DNA of 34,423 nucleotides, from positions 1-34,423 of the IMG/VR virus record IMGVR_UViG_3300005077_000064; one strand, 5' to 3'. The translations under genes were made by a program, and so were the position numbers. The DNA comes from a virus. Its lineage: Duplodnaviria > Caudoviricetes. The notes under the pieces were generated by a model. The model did not search any database. It was not told where the DNA came from and saw only the letters and a program-made list of their open reading frames with translations. Positions 26,231 through 33,781 of this stretch are shown here, in pieces (within the stretch, counting starts at the first letter, position 1; the number at the start of each line of letters is the position of its first letter).

Positions 26231-27609
26231 GTTTCTGTCGATTTCTTCCCTCTGATTCTTCGCCCTCTCCCTATTGGGAATGCTCTCACTGCGGTTTCAG
26301 GACTCACAAGAGACTCGCTAAGGCCCCTTCAAGGGAATGCCTTGGGAAGAAGAATCTGCCCCTTGAAGAGAGTCCTTCTCTGGCCTATCTCAAATGTCCG
26401 CATAGGGATGATCGAAGGCCCCTTTCTTCAGTGAGTGGATCAGAGGCGGGATGCGGCTGCGCCTCTTCTTCCGTCGATGTTCTCTGGTGCGATCTCTTTC
26501 AAGAGCCCGTCTTGAAGTTGGGATCGAACAGGCAGATCCATGTTGAGAAAGTCCAGAGGAGAGTCCCCGATTATCTAGGGAGGATCTGCCGAGATTGCAA
26601 GTCTCCTATGACGAAGACGGAAAGGAAGAGGCTGGACATTCTCCACATCACTCATCGATGGGAATGGCAAGATCAGGTTCGCAGGACTGGGTTTGCTCTT
26701 GGCGGAGGAATGGAAGTCGAGGAGATGCCGAAGCCCTCACTTCAAGATCTCTCTGCAAAGATTGAAGAGACCCTCCCCCCTCTCGTCATCTTCCATGCTT
26801 TCCCGATGCATCTCGACGATATGCTCTTGGCGGTGAAGCGATTTCCTCATACGACCTTCGTCCATGTCGATCATTCTTCCTTGAATCACACCTTCACTTG
26901 GAGTCATTACCTAAGCACGCAAGCGAATCTCCTAGAGAGAAGCCGATCGTCTAAGAATCTGTTCATCTCTTCGGTGGATCGATTCTCCTTTTGGAAAGAG
27001 CTAGGATACGATCACTATTTCTACTGGGAGAATCCTCTCTTTGTTCCGGAGCAAAGAGACTCCTCTCCTCCCTCTCCTCCCTCACTGATGATCAGCAGCC
27101 GCATCGATTGGATGAAAGCCCTGCCATCTCAAATTACTGCCGCGGCCCTGCTTCAGAGAAGGAGAGAGGTAGATTGCCTCATTTCATGGAAGTGGTTTGG
27201 CTCCGATGATCGTTCCCGCAATCTACTCGCCCATGCATCAGCTTGCGGGCTTCGCTTTCGATTCCTCCCATTCGGGGATCGCGACGAATGGTATCGCCGA
27301 TTGAAAGAGGAGGTATCGATTCTCCTTCAACCGAGTATGAGTGATAGCTTCAATATCATGTCGGTCGAATCGATGATGTTCGGAAGGCCCTTCGTCGGCT
27401 CTCCCTGCATCGCTCATACTCCGGAGGAATGGAGAGTGACCGATTCTAATGACCCTTATCAGATCTCTGTTGTGGCAGAGAGGATTTTAGATCGATATGA
27501 TTATCATAGTGAGTCGGCGAGAAGGATTGCCGTTGAATTGGTCGAGAGAAAGAACTCTCGCTTTCGGGAGATCATTTTCTCTCTGATGCGCCGCCAAGTC
27601 CCAACATAG
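26227..27609 (+). CDS. Cys-rich N-terminal domain fused to a GT-B (GT4-like) glycosyltransferase
   Basis: ATGA overlap. The first ~125 aa contain CSHC, GCGC and CRDC. The C-terminal ILLQPSMSDSFNIMSVESMMFGRPFVGS is the acidic-x7-E GT4 motif. Confidence 0.75.
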   Translation: MSFCRFLPSDSSPSPYWECSHCGFRTHKRLAKAPSRECLGKKNLPLEESPSLAYLKCPHRDDRRPLSSVSGSEAGCGCASSSVDVLWCDLFQEPVLKLGSNRQIHVEKVQRRVPDYLGRICRDCKSPMTKTERKRLDILHITHRWEWQDQVRRTGFALGGGMEVEEMPKPSLQDLSAKIEETLPPLVIFHAFPMHLDDMLLAVKRFPHTTFVHVDHSSLNHTFTWSHYLSTQANLLERSRSSKNLFISSVDRFSFWKELGYDHYFYWENPLFVPEQRDSSPPSPPSLMISSRIDWMKALPSQITAAALLQRRREVDCLISWKWFGSDDRSRNLLAHASACGLRFRFLPFGDRDEWYRRLKEEVSILLQPSMSDSFNIMSVESMMFGRPFVGSPCIAHTPEEWRVTDSNDPYQISVVAERILDRYDYHSESARRIAVELVERKNSRFREIIFSLMRRQVPT

Positions 27610-27620
27610 AAAGACCCGCC

Positions 27621-28490
27621 ATGCAAGCCCCACCCAGAGTGACGAGACTCAATCTCCTCTACCATATCTTCGCAGATCGCCGGAACGATTGCTGGAAATG
27701 GAATGTTGAGCATATCTTGAAGAGATGGGAACTCTTCAATGGGCAGAGGGTTTTGGCAATCGCCGAAGATCAAAACTCCTGTTCCATCGAGGAAGTCTGC
27801 TCTTTCATCGGGGAGAAGAGATCTTCAGAATGCGTGATCCTCTCCCTAAAGAACAATCCCCTTTTGAGAGAGGTCGCCTCCTTCCGCCATCTCTTGAAGG
27901 TGGTCCGCTCCACCGATCCTTCGGAAGCCTCCTTCTATGCCCACACGAAAGGGAACACGACGGCGAAGCCCGGGGATGCGGTGACGATCTGGACTCAGGG
28001 GATGTATAGGCATCTCCTCGATCAAGTCGAGATCGTTCGAGACCTCCTCCGGACCTATCTCTTCGTTGGATGCCATAAGATGGTCTGGCAGAATAATCCC
28101 CGCTTGAATCCATTCCCAACGAGATATACTCCGCAGGGGAAGAGCCGGGACAACGGATGGATGCTTTCGGGGACTTTCTATTGGTTCTCCCATCGGATCT
28201 ATGAGAGGCCAGAGTCCCTTCGAGTCGACCCAGATCGATATGCGGCAGAGGGATGGCCTTGGTCCGTCGCAGAGGAATGGGAAGCCGCCTCTCTCCTTCA
28301 GCCCTGGCCTGTTGATTGGTATGCGTTGAAGAGATCTTCTCCTGTCTCTTTGGGAAGGATTCCTTCTCCCTATGATCTTTCGACCTATGAGAGCACTCCG
28401 CTATTTCAAGAGAAGCTCGGACCGAACGAGTCGGTTCCTGGCTTAGTTCCTATCAGTCCTCGCAGGCAAAAAAGGAGAGTCGGGCGATGA
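27621..28490 (+). CDS. Putative glycosyltransferase-like protein (YxHTKG family)
   Basis: FYAHTKG, SGTFYW and RYAAEGW motifs, which I associate with phage glycan-cluster proteins. It lies between the GT4 and the epimerase. Confidence 0.55.
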   Translation: MQAPPRVTRLNLLYHIFADRRNDCWKWNVEHILKRWELFNGQRVLAIAEDQNSCSIEEVCSFIGEKRSSECVILSLKNNPLLREVASFRHLLKVVRSTDPSEASFYAHTKGNTTAKPGDAVTIWTQGMYRHLLDQVEIVRDLLRTYLFVGCHKMVWQNNPRLNPFPTRYTPQGKSRDNGWMLSGTFYWFSHRIYERPESLRVDPDRYAAEGWPWSVAEEWEAASLLQPWPVDWYALKRSSPVSLGRIPSPYDLSTYESTPLFQEKLGPNESVPGLVPISPRRQKRRVGR

Positions 28491-29503
28491 GAGTTTTGAT
28501 CACTGGAATTGCTGGCCATCTGGGATGCCGATTGGCGAAATGGATCGGCGAGAAGATGCCCTCAGTAGAGGTCTATGGGATCGATGATTTCTGCTCTGGG
28601 TTCCTTGGGAATATCCCGGCAAGCGTGATGGGATACGAGAGGATCTCTCTAGGGGAGGAGCAATCAACGATGAGGCTGCGGAGGCTCTTTGACGAGGTCC
28701 GACCGGACATCGTCTATCATCTCGCCGCCTTCGCCGCCGAGGGTCTGAGCCCCTTCGTCCGCTGCTATTCTCATCGGAATAATGTAGTGGCGACGGCCCA
28801 GATGATCAACGAATGCATCTCCTTCGACGTGAAGAGGATCGTCTATACTTCGAGCATTGCGGTCTATGGAAATCAGACTCCCCCCTTCTCTGAAGATCTT
28901 CCCATCTCTCCCATTGATCCATATGGAGTTGGGAAGGCCGCCGCCGAAATGGATCTCCGGATTGCGGGAGAGCAGCATGGGCTTGACTGGGTCATTCTTC
29001 GCCCTCATAATGTTTATGGGGAGAATCAGAATTGCTGGCAGGACTTCCGAAATGTCTTCGGTATTTGGATGCGGCAGAAAGTAGAGGGATCTCCCCTCCG
29101 CATCTATGGGGACGGGACTCAGAAGAGGGCTTTCAGTTTCATCGGAGATGCTCTCCCTTGCTTCTGGGAAGCTGGGGTCTCTTCTACTGCCTCTCGGCAG
29201 ATTATCAACATCGGAGGGACGAAAGAGACGGAGATCCTAGAGGCCGCCAAAACCTTCATCGATGTGATGGGAGGAGGAGAGGTCGTTCATTTTCCCGCCC
29301 GCCATGAAGTCAAAGAGGCATGGCCTACCTCTGAGAAATCGGTCTCCCTCTTGGGCTATGAGGATCTCACTTCTCTGCGGGATGGGCTCTCTTGTATGTG
29401 GGCTTGGTTTCAGTGGGCATGGGACGCCTATCCTTGCCGGAGAGAGGTCCGTCCGGCTATTAGGATCGAAATTCAAAAGGGCCTCTACGAATGGTGGAAG
29501 TGA
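28487..29503 (+). CDS. NAD-dependent NDP-sugar epimerase/dehydratase (extended SDR)
   Basis: ITGIAGHLG (GxxGxxG), YHLAA, TSSIAVYG, PYGVGK (YxxxK), RPHNVYG and GDGTQKRAF. Confidence 0.93.
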   Translation: MRVLITGIAGHLGCRLAKWIGEKMPSVEVYGIDDFCSGFLGNIPASVMGYERISLGEEQSTMRLRRLFDEVRPDIVYHLAAFAAEGLSPFVRCYSHRNNVVATAQMINECISFDVKRIVYTSSIAVYGNQTPPFSEDLPISPIDPYGVGKAAAEMDLRIAGEQHGLDWVILRPHNVYGENQNCWQDFRNVFGIWMRQKVEGSPLRIYGDGTQKRAFSFIGDALPCFWEAGVSSTASRQIINIGGTKETEILEAAKTFIDVMGGGEVVHFPARHEVKEAWPTSEKSVSLLGYEDLTSLRDGLSCMWAWFQWAWDAYPCRREVRPAIRIEIQKGLYEWWK

Positions 29504-30090
29504 TGAGAATCGATTTAGGATGCGGGCCGAAAAAGAGAGAGGGGTTTTTTGGGGTTGATGTTCAGCCTTATGAGGGAGTGGATCTCGTCCACGATCTGGG
29601 GCTCTTCCCTTGGCCCATTGCCAGCAATTCGGTAGAGGAGATCTTCTCCTCTCATGCCCTAGAGCATCTCCCGAATGGTCTAGCTTTTATGGACTCTTTT
29701 CTTCGAGAGATCGGGAGAGTCTGTAAGGACAGGGCCTTCTTAGAGATCTGGACGCCTCATGCTCGCGGGAGGAATGCTTTCCTGCCGGACCATCGGTCCT
29801 TCTATACTGAGGACATCTGGCTTCATTGGGGCTGCCTCTACCAAGACCAATGGAAGAAAGTCCTTGGCGGATGGTTCGAGGTTATAGAGTTCCGCTATGT
29901 GATTAGTCGAGAGACTTCGAGGGCTCTCAATGCCTCGAATATGCCCCCTGTCTTTGCCGTCGAGTATCTGCATTCAGTGATTGAAGAATTCGGGGTCTTC
30001 GTCACTTTCCATAAGTCCGGCGAGCCTCTGCCTTCGCAGCCCCACCGGACCTGGGCTCATTCCCGATATGAAAGAAGCAGGAGTCTATGA
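29503..30090 (+). CDS. Class I SAM-dependent methyltransferase
   Basis: TGATG overlap start. RIDLGCG motif I, GVD acidic motif II and SSHALEH. Confidence 0.88.
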   Translation: MRIDLGCGPKKREGFFGVDVQPYEGVDLVHDLGLFPWPIASNSVEEIFSSHALEHLPNGLAFMDSFLREIGRVCKDRAFLEIWTPHARGRNAFLPDHRSFYTEDIWLHWGCLYQDQWKKVLGGWFEVIEFRYVISRETSRALNASNMPPVFAVEYLHSVIEEFGVFVTFHKSGEPLPSQPHRTWAHSRYERSRSL

Positions 30091-30176
30091 ATCAGCTAGC
30101 CAACGGGTTTATTGGCTGCGGGTGCTTGATTATGATCCTATCTGCTTTGGGAGGACTGCTCTTCTTCTTCCTCTAG
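30087..30176 (+). CDS. 29-aa single-TM peptide (MNQLANGFIGCGCLIMILSALGGLLFFFL), not in the supplied ORF track
   Basis: ATGA overlap with the methyltransferase stop, AGGAG just upstream, uninterrupted hydrophobic stretch, TAG at 30174-30176. Confidence 0.45.
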   Translation: MNQLANGFIGCGCLIMILSALGGLLFFFL

Positions 30177-30380
30177 GACGTCAAACTCGTTCATCGTGAG
30201 GAAGGCGATCTGCGCTGCCAGGACCAATTGCTGCGGAGAGAGGGAAGAGGCCTCCCTCTCTCCGCTTGCGACTCGGCGATACTTCTCTTTGAGGGAGAGA
30301 AAGGAGCGCATCCCTCTCTCCCCCGATTCCCGTAGCTCGGACATTTTGTTGAGCATTTCATCCATCGTAGGCTTTTTCAC
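30138..30380 (-). CDS. Hypothetical 80-aa protein
   Basis: ATGA overlap with the upstream SbcC C-half and AGGAG RBS. Last gene of the minus-strand operon. Confidence 0.65.
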   Translation of the reverse strand: MKKPTMDEMLNKMSELRESGERGMRSFLSLKEKYRRVASGEREASSLSPQQLVLAAQIAFLTMNEFDVLEEEEEQSSQSR

Positions 30381-30961
30381 TTCTTCTCTCCTATGGTGAT
30401 GATTCTCCCGGTTTGGATGTTCTCCATATCCGAGTTGATAATGAACTGAAGACCCATCTCTTCTGAGATCTGCTCTAGCATCTCTCGGACTCTCTCTTGG
30501 TAGATCTCCCCTCGCACATTCTTAAAGGGCTCGTCGAGGACTATTGTCCTTCTTCCTTCTGGACGAGAGAGGAGGATTCCCGCGAGTCTCAAAGCGAAGG
30601 CGGCGACATCGGCGACCCCTCCGCTCGATTCCTTCAGGGGGTGAAGGAGAAGACCGTCGTCTCTCTCAAAGAGAAGGTGGGCCTCCGTCTTCCCTCTCTT
30701 CTGATCGAACCGAATCAGAAGTTTATATCTGTCTCCGAAGACGATCTCTAGGCATCGAGTGGCGACGAGAGAGATCTGTCGATGCGTTCGGTTCTGAAGA
30801 TCTTCGGCGATCGTCTGCAGAATCCTCTGGGCCCTCTTCGCATGGATCAGTCGAGAGGAGGCCCTCCTCTTCTCCTTCCTCTCCTCCCGTACCTTCCTTC
30901 TGAGATGATCCCTTTGCGAGATCATCTCTTCGATTCTTTCGCAGATCTGATCAAAGGTCAT
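30377..30961 (-). CDS. SbcC/Rad50-like ABC-ATPase, C-terminal half
   Basis: Likely start MTFDQ at 30961. Coiled coil, then signature SSGG, AAFALR, Walker B/D-loop IVLDEPF. No Walker A. Confidence 0.88.
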   Translation of the reverse strand: MTFDQICERIEEMISQRDHLRRKVREERKEKRRASSRLIHAKRAQRILQTIAEDLQNRTHRQISLVATRCLEIVFGDRYKLLIRFDQKRGKTEAHLLFERDDGLLLHPLKESSGGVADVAAFALRLAGILLSRPEGRRTIVLDEPFKNVRGEIYQERVREMLEQISEEMGLQFIINSDMENIQTGRIITIGEKK

Positions 30962-31190
30962 GCCCCCACCTTTCGATGAAAGAGGATTGCATCCCCTTAA
31001 TTCTCTTGCGGAGTTTGGCGGCCTCCGTTCTCTTCTTCTCGGCAAGCCGCCTTGCCTCTTCGGGACAATCGCATCCCGTCTTCTCCTTCATCTCTTCTCT
31101 GAGATGGGCGAGGACTCCCTTTGCTCTCTCTGAAGTCCTCTTCAGAGACTCGATTCTCTCCACGATCTTCTCGAACTCTCTCGTATTCAT
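30951..31190 (-). CDS. Small coiled-coil protein, possibly a detached segment of the SbcC arm
   Basis: 79 aa, two charged heptad helices, ATGA overlap with the nuclease and 11-nt overlap with the C-half. Confidence 0.72.
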   Translation of the reverse strand: MNTREFEKIVERIESLKRTSERAKGVLAHLREEMKEKTGCDCPEEARRLAEKKRTEAAKLRKRIKGMQSSFIERWGHDL

Positions 31191-32230
31191 TCGAGGGCCT
31201 CTAAGATGATGTCTCGAGTCTTGGCGGAGACACCGGAATTCAGATATCGTCGGACCGCCTCCGCGAAGTCGACTCCGGAGACTCGCAGAGCCCCGATCTC
31301 TTTGAGGAGATTCGTCACGTCGACCTCGAAGGGATCATCTACTTCAGAGAGATCCTCTTCGGCCTCGATGAAATTCTCCTCTGAGATATCGAGGTAGACT
31401 CTCTGAATTGTCCCATCGGCGAAGATGACTCCGACGGATGGGTTGAGATCCTTCTCGTCGAGATTCCTCCTCATAAACCCGCCGCAATTGAAGAAATAGT
31501 TCCTCCTCTTCGCATAGGAGAAATCGAAGGGCTTGTGATTGTCCCCGACGACGACGATGGATTCCTGCGGGAAGATATCCGCGACTCGGGCGATATGAGA
31601 AGAGGCATCCGCCCCCTCATGTTTCTTCTCTCCATACCACAGATACTGATGAGTAAGAAAGATCATCTTCTCTTTCGAGATGAAACCGGAGGAATCCTTC
31701 TCCGCCTCTCGAAACGGAAGGAGGAGATCTTCTTCGCTTGGGATCTCTCCATAGGGGACGCCGGAGACGAAGAAGTCTCCCTCTAGGCCCCCGACTTCTC
31801 CGAAGCTGAGATCAATAATATGGCCGGACCAAACTAGAGTCCAATAGGCGCTCTTGCTGATCAGATCTAAGCGGTGGTTCGGGAGATCATGTTGACCCGG
31901 GATCGCATAGAAGGGATAGGTCTTCGGTAGATGCTCCATAGCGAAGTTGATCAATTCCGGAGAGCTGTTCCATCGATGGAATAGATCCCCGGCGCAGAGG
32001 ACCGGGCAATTCAATCTCTCGGAGAGATCAGCGAGTTGATTCAAGGGGCGGGCCATCGCCTTAAACCAATCTTCTTCTGACGACCTGGCGAGAGGGGCTC
32101 TCGAACTCAGGTGGATGTCAGAACAGAGGATAGCGATAGGATCTCGCTTCCGCAGAGAGGACAAGAGGAGCCTTCGATCTTTCTTCGTTCCTTCTTCATC
32201 GTTAGTCTTAGGAGTCGGCTGGCTTCGCAT
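31187..32230 (-). CDS. SbcD/Mre11-like metallophosphoesterase nuclease
   Basis: SDIH, AGDLF, PGQHD, THQ and GDNH motifs in canonical order. ATG 32230 has an AAGGAG RBS. An alternative TTG start is at 32164. Confidence 0.9.
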   Translation of the reverse strand: MRSQPTPKTNDEEGTKKDRRLLLSSLRKRDPIAILCSDIHLSSRAPLARSSEEDWFKAMARPLNQLADLSERLNCPVLCAGDLFHRWNSSPELINFAMEHLPKTYPFYAIPGQHDLPNHRLDLISKSAYWTLVWSGHIIDLSFGEVGGLEGDFFVSGVPYGEIPSEEDLLLPFREAEKDSSGFISKEKMIFLTHQYLWYGEKKHEGADASSHIARVADIFPQESIVVVGDNHKPFDFSYAKRRNYFFNCGGFMRRNLDEKDLNPSVGVIFADGTIQRVYLDISEENFIEAEEDLSEVDDPFEVDVTNLLKEIGALRVSGVDFAEAVRRYLNSGVSAKTRDIILEALE

Positions 32231-33033
32231 GATTCTTTCTCCTTCTCTTCTAATCTCTGGGTAATGGAAAGGATCTGTTCTGCTTCCTCTTCCAAGGAGG
32301 AGGCTTCTTTCATAAGGGAGAGGATCTCTTTTGCCTCGATGCTGGCGGGGCCATAATCAACCAAGGCTTGTTCCTGTGCGATTTCTATCTCTTGGGCCCT
32401 CCTTTCTAAGTCTTCAATCTCCCTCTCGATATCATCGATTTGTTCTAAGGTCTCTTCGATCTCTCCCAAATCGACAAGAGCTTCGTCGAGGAAGCTCAAA
32501 GAGGCCAGCTCTTCTTCGGCCTCTTTGAGTCTCTCTTGGCTTATCTTGTGCCGAGAGCCGGCCTCTTTCAAAATGCGGGCCATCTTCGAGAGAGATCTGT
32601 CGATGTGTTCGAGATCCACTAGACGATTCAATTCTCGGCCGACCTGAGGAGGAGAGAGGGAGAACCAGAAGTGAGGGTCCATCTGCCCTTGGAAGTTATA
32701 GGTAGAGGTTCTCAGAAGAGAGAGGATTTCTTCAGGGACTCTGGAACCGAAAGCCTTGAATTCTCTTTTGTCGAGGAAGTATGAGTTGATCCCCTTTCCC
32801 TTGACTCTTCGGATCGTCCGACCATCGACTCGCAGAGAGACTGAAGTCTTAGAGGCTCCCTTCCGAATGAAGCTCTGCCCCGATGGCTGGTTCGTGCAGA
32901 CCCATTCAATCGCTCTCATCACAGAACTCTTCCCCTTGTCCGATTCCCCGATGAGGAAAGAAACCCTTTCGTCAAAGCGGATCTTCAGGAGGCGGTGAAT
33001 TTGAAAGTCTCGCAGAGTGATGCTCTCTATCAT
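32107..33033 (-). CDS. SbcC/Rad50-like ABC-ATPase, N-terminal half ending in a zinc hook
   Basis: MIESITLRDFQIH, Walker A GESDKGKS, Q-loop NFQGQ, coiled coil, CPLCG near the C-terminus. No signature or Walker B. Confidence 0.9.
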   Translation of the reverse strand: MIESITLRDFQIHRLLKIRFDERVSFLIGESDKGKSSVMRAIEWVCTNQPSGQSFIRKGASKTSVSLRVDGRTIRRVKGKGINSYFLDKREFKAFGSRVPEEILSLLRTSTYNFQGQMDPHFWFSLSPPQVGRELNRLVDLEHIDRSLSKMARILKEAGSRHKISQERLKEAEEELASLSFLDEALVDLGEIEETLEQIDDIEREIEDLERRAQEIEIAQEQALVDYGPASIEAKEILSLMKEASSLEEEAEQILSITQRLEEKEKESCEASRLLRLTMKKERRKIEGSSCPLCGSEILSLSSVLTST

Positions 33034-33036
33034 AAG

Positions 33037-33189
33037 ATCGTCCCTTGAACAAAAAGAGAGGCCCTCCTCCTCCTCGCCGCGCGGCGAGGATTAGGTCGGA
33101 CAATCGTTTCTCGATGAGCGATCATCCACTAGAGAATCGTCCCCTTTCGCGCTCTGGGTAATGTTGAAATTGAAAGAGGAGGGCCTCTC
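33037..33189 (-). ncRNA. Structured intergenic element (candidate cis-regulatory RNA/attenuator)
   Basis: Perfect 14-bp closing stem 33056-33069/33176-33189 followed by a U-tract on the minus strand, perfect 20-bp palindrome 33071-33090, and nested stems within 33098-33143. Confidence 0.5.
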
Positions 33190-33191
33190 AT

Positions 33192-33767
33192 TCAGACTCG
33201 ATTAGATGCTGCTATGATATCGGCCGGTCGGACAGACGCAAAGAAGGATTCGAGACGATAGAAGAGGATCGACCTCTTCCCGTGGAAGAAGCAGTAGGTG
33301 AAGTATCGGTTCGGAAGTCTGGGAAGCTCCATCGCTACGGCAGAGGGAATGGCGATGATTGGATCTCTCCGGTCTCTCTTGGAAATGATCGCCCAAGAGT
33401 AAGAACCACTCTCCTTTGCCTCTCTCTCTGCTTGGCAGAGCCATTCCTCCCAGATCTGGTTATCATAGGCATCGAGATAGGAGTCGAGGAGATCATAGGG
33501 GGTATTGGGGGAGTATCCCCTTTTGAGTTCGATGCTCATAAGATCGAGCAGAGGCTCTCCGATAGGATCGACGGCGCAGATGTCCCCATGACCACCGGCC
33601 GTCATCTTCTTCGACCGGGATCTCATTGTCCCTCTGCCTCCGCTCGTCGCAGATCGCCAGAAGATGTCGTCCCTCTTCCCCTTGCTCCACCAGAGGGAAA
33701 GCTGAACGCACATATGCCTCTCGAACTCGTTCCCCTTTTTCTTTCCTCTGCCTCTCTTCTTTGCCAT
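33192..33767 (-). CDS. Hjc-type (PD-(D/E)xK) Holliday junction resolvase-like nuclease
   Basis: Likely start MAKKRG at 33767. KGNEFER, SGG, GDI and IELKRGY motifs. Confidence 0.8.
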   Translation of the reverse strand: MAKKRGRGKKKGNEFERHMCVQLSLWWSKGKRDDIFWRSATSGGRGTMRSRSKKMTAGGHGDICAVDPIGEPLLDLMSIELKRGYSPNTPYDLLDSYLDAYDNQIWEEWLCQAEREAKESGSYSWAIISKRDRRDPIIAIPSAVAMELPRLPNRYFTYCFFHGKRSILFYRLESFFASVRPADIIAASNRV

Positions 33768-33781
33768 CCCTACTGGCCCTT

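Noticed and set aside
33034-33191. Known riboswitch or ribozyme (c-di-GMP-I-like CGAAAG..GGGACG, hammerhead-like GAUGAG)
   Set aside because: The remaining consensus elements (GCAAAGC, CUGAUGA core with correct stems) are missing. It is kept only as an unassigned structure.
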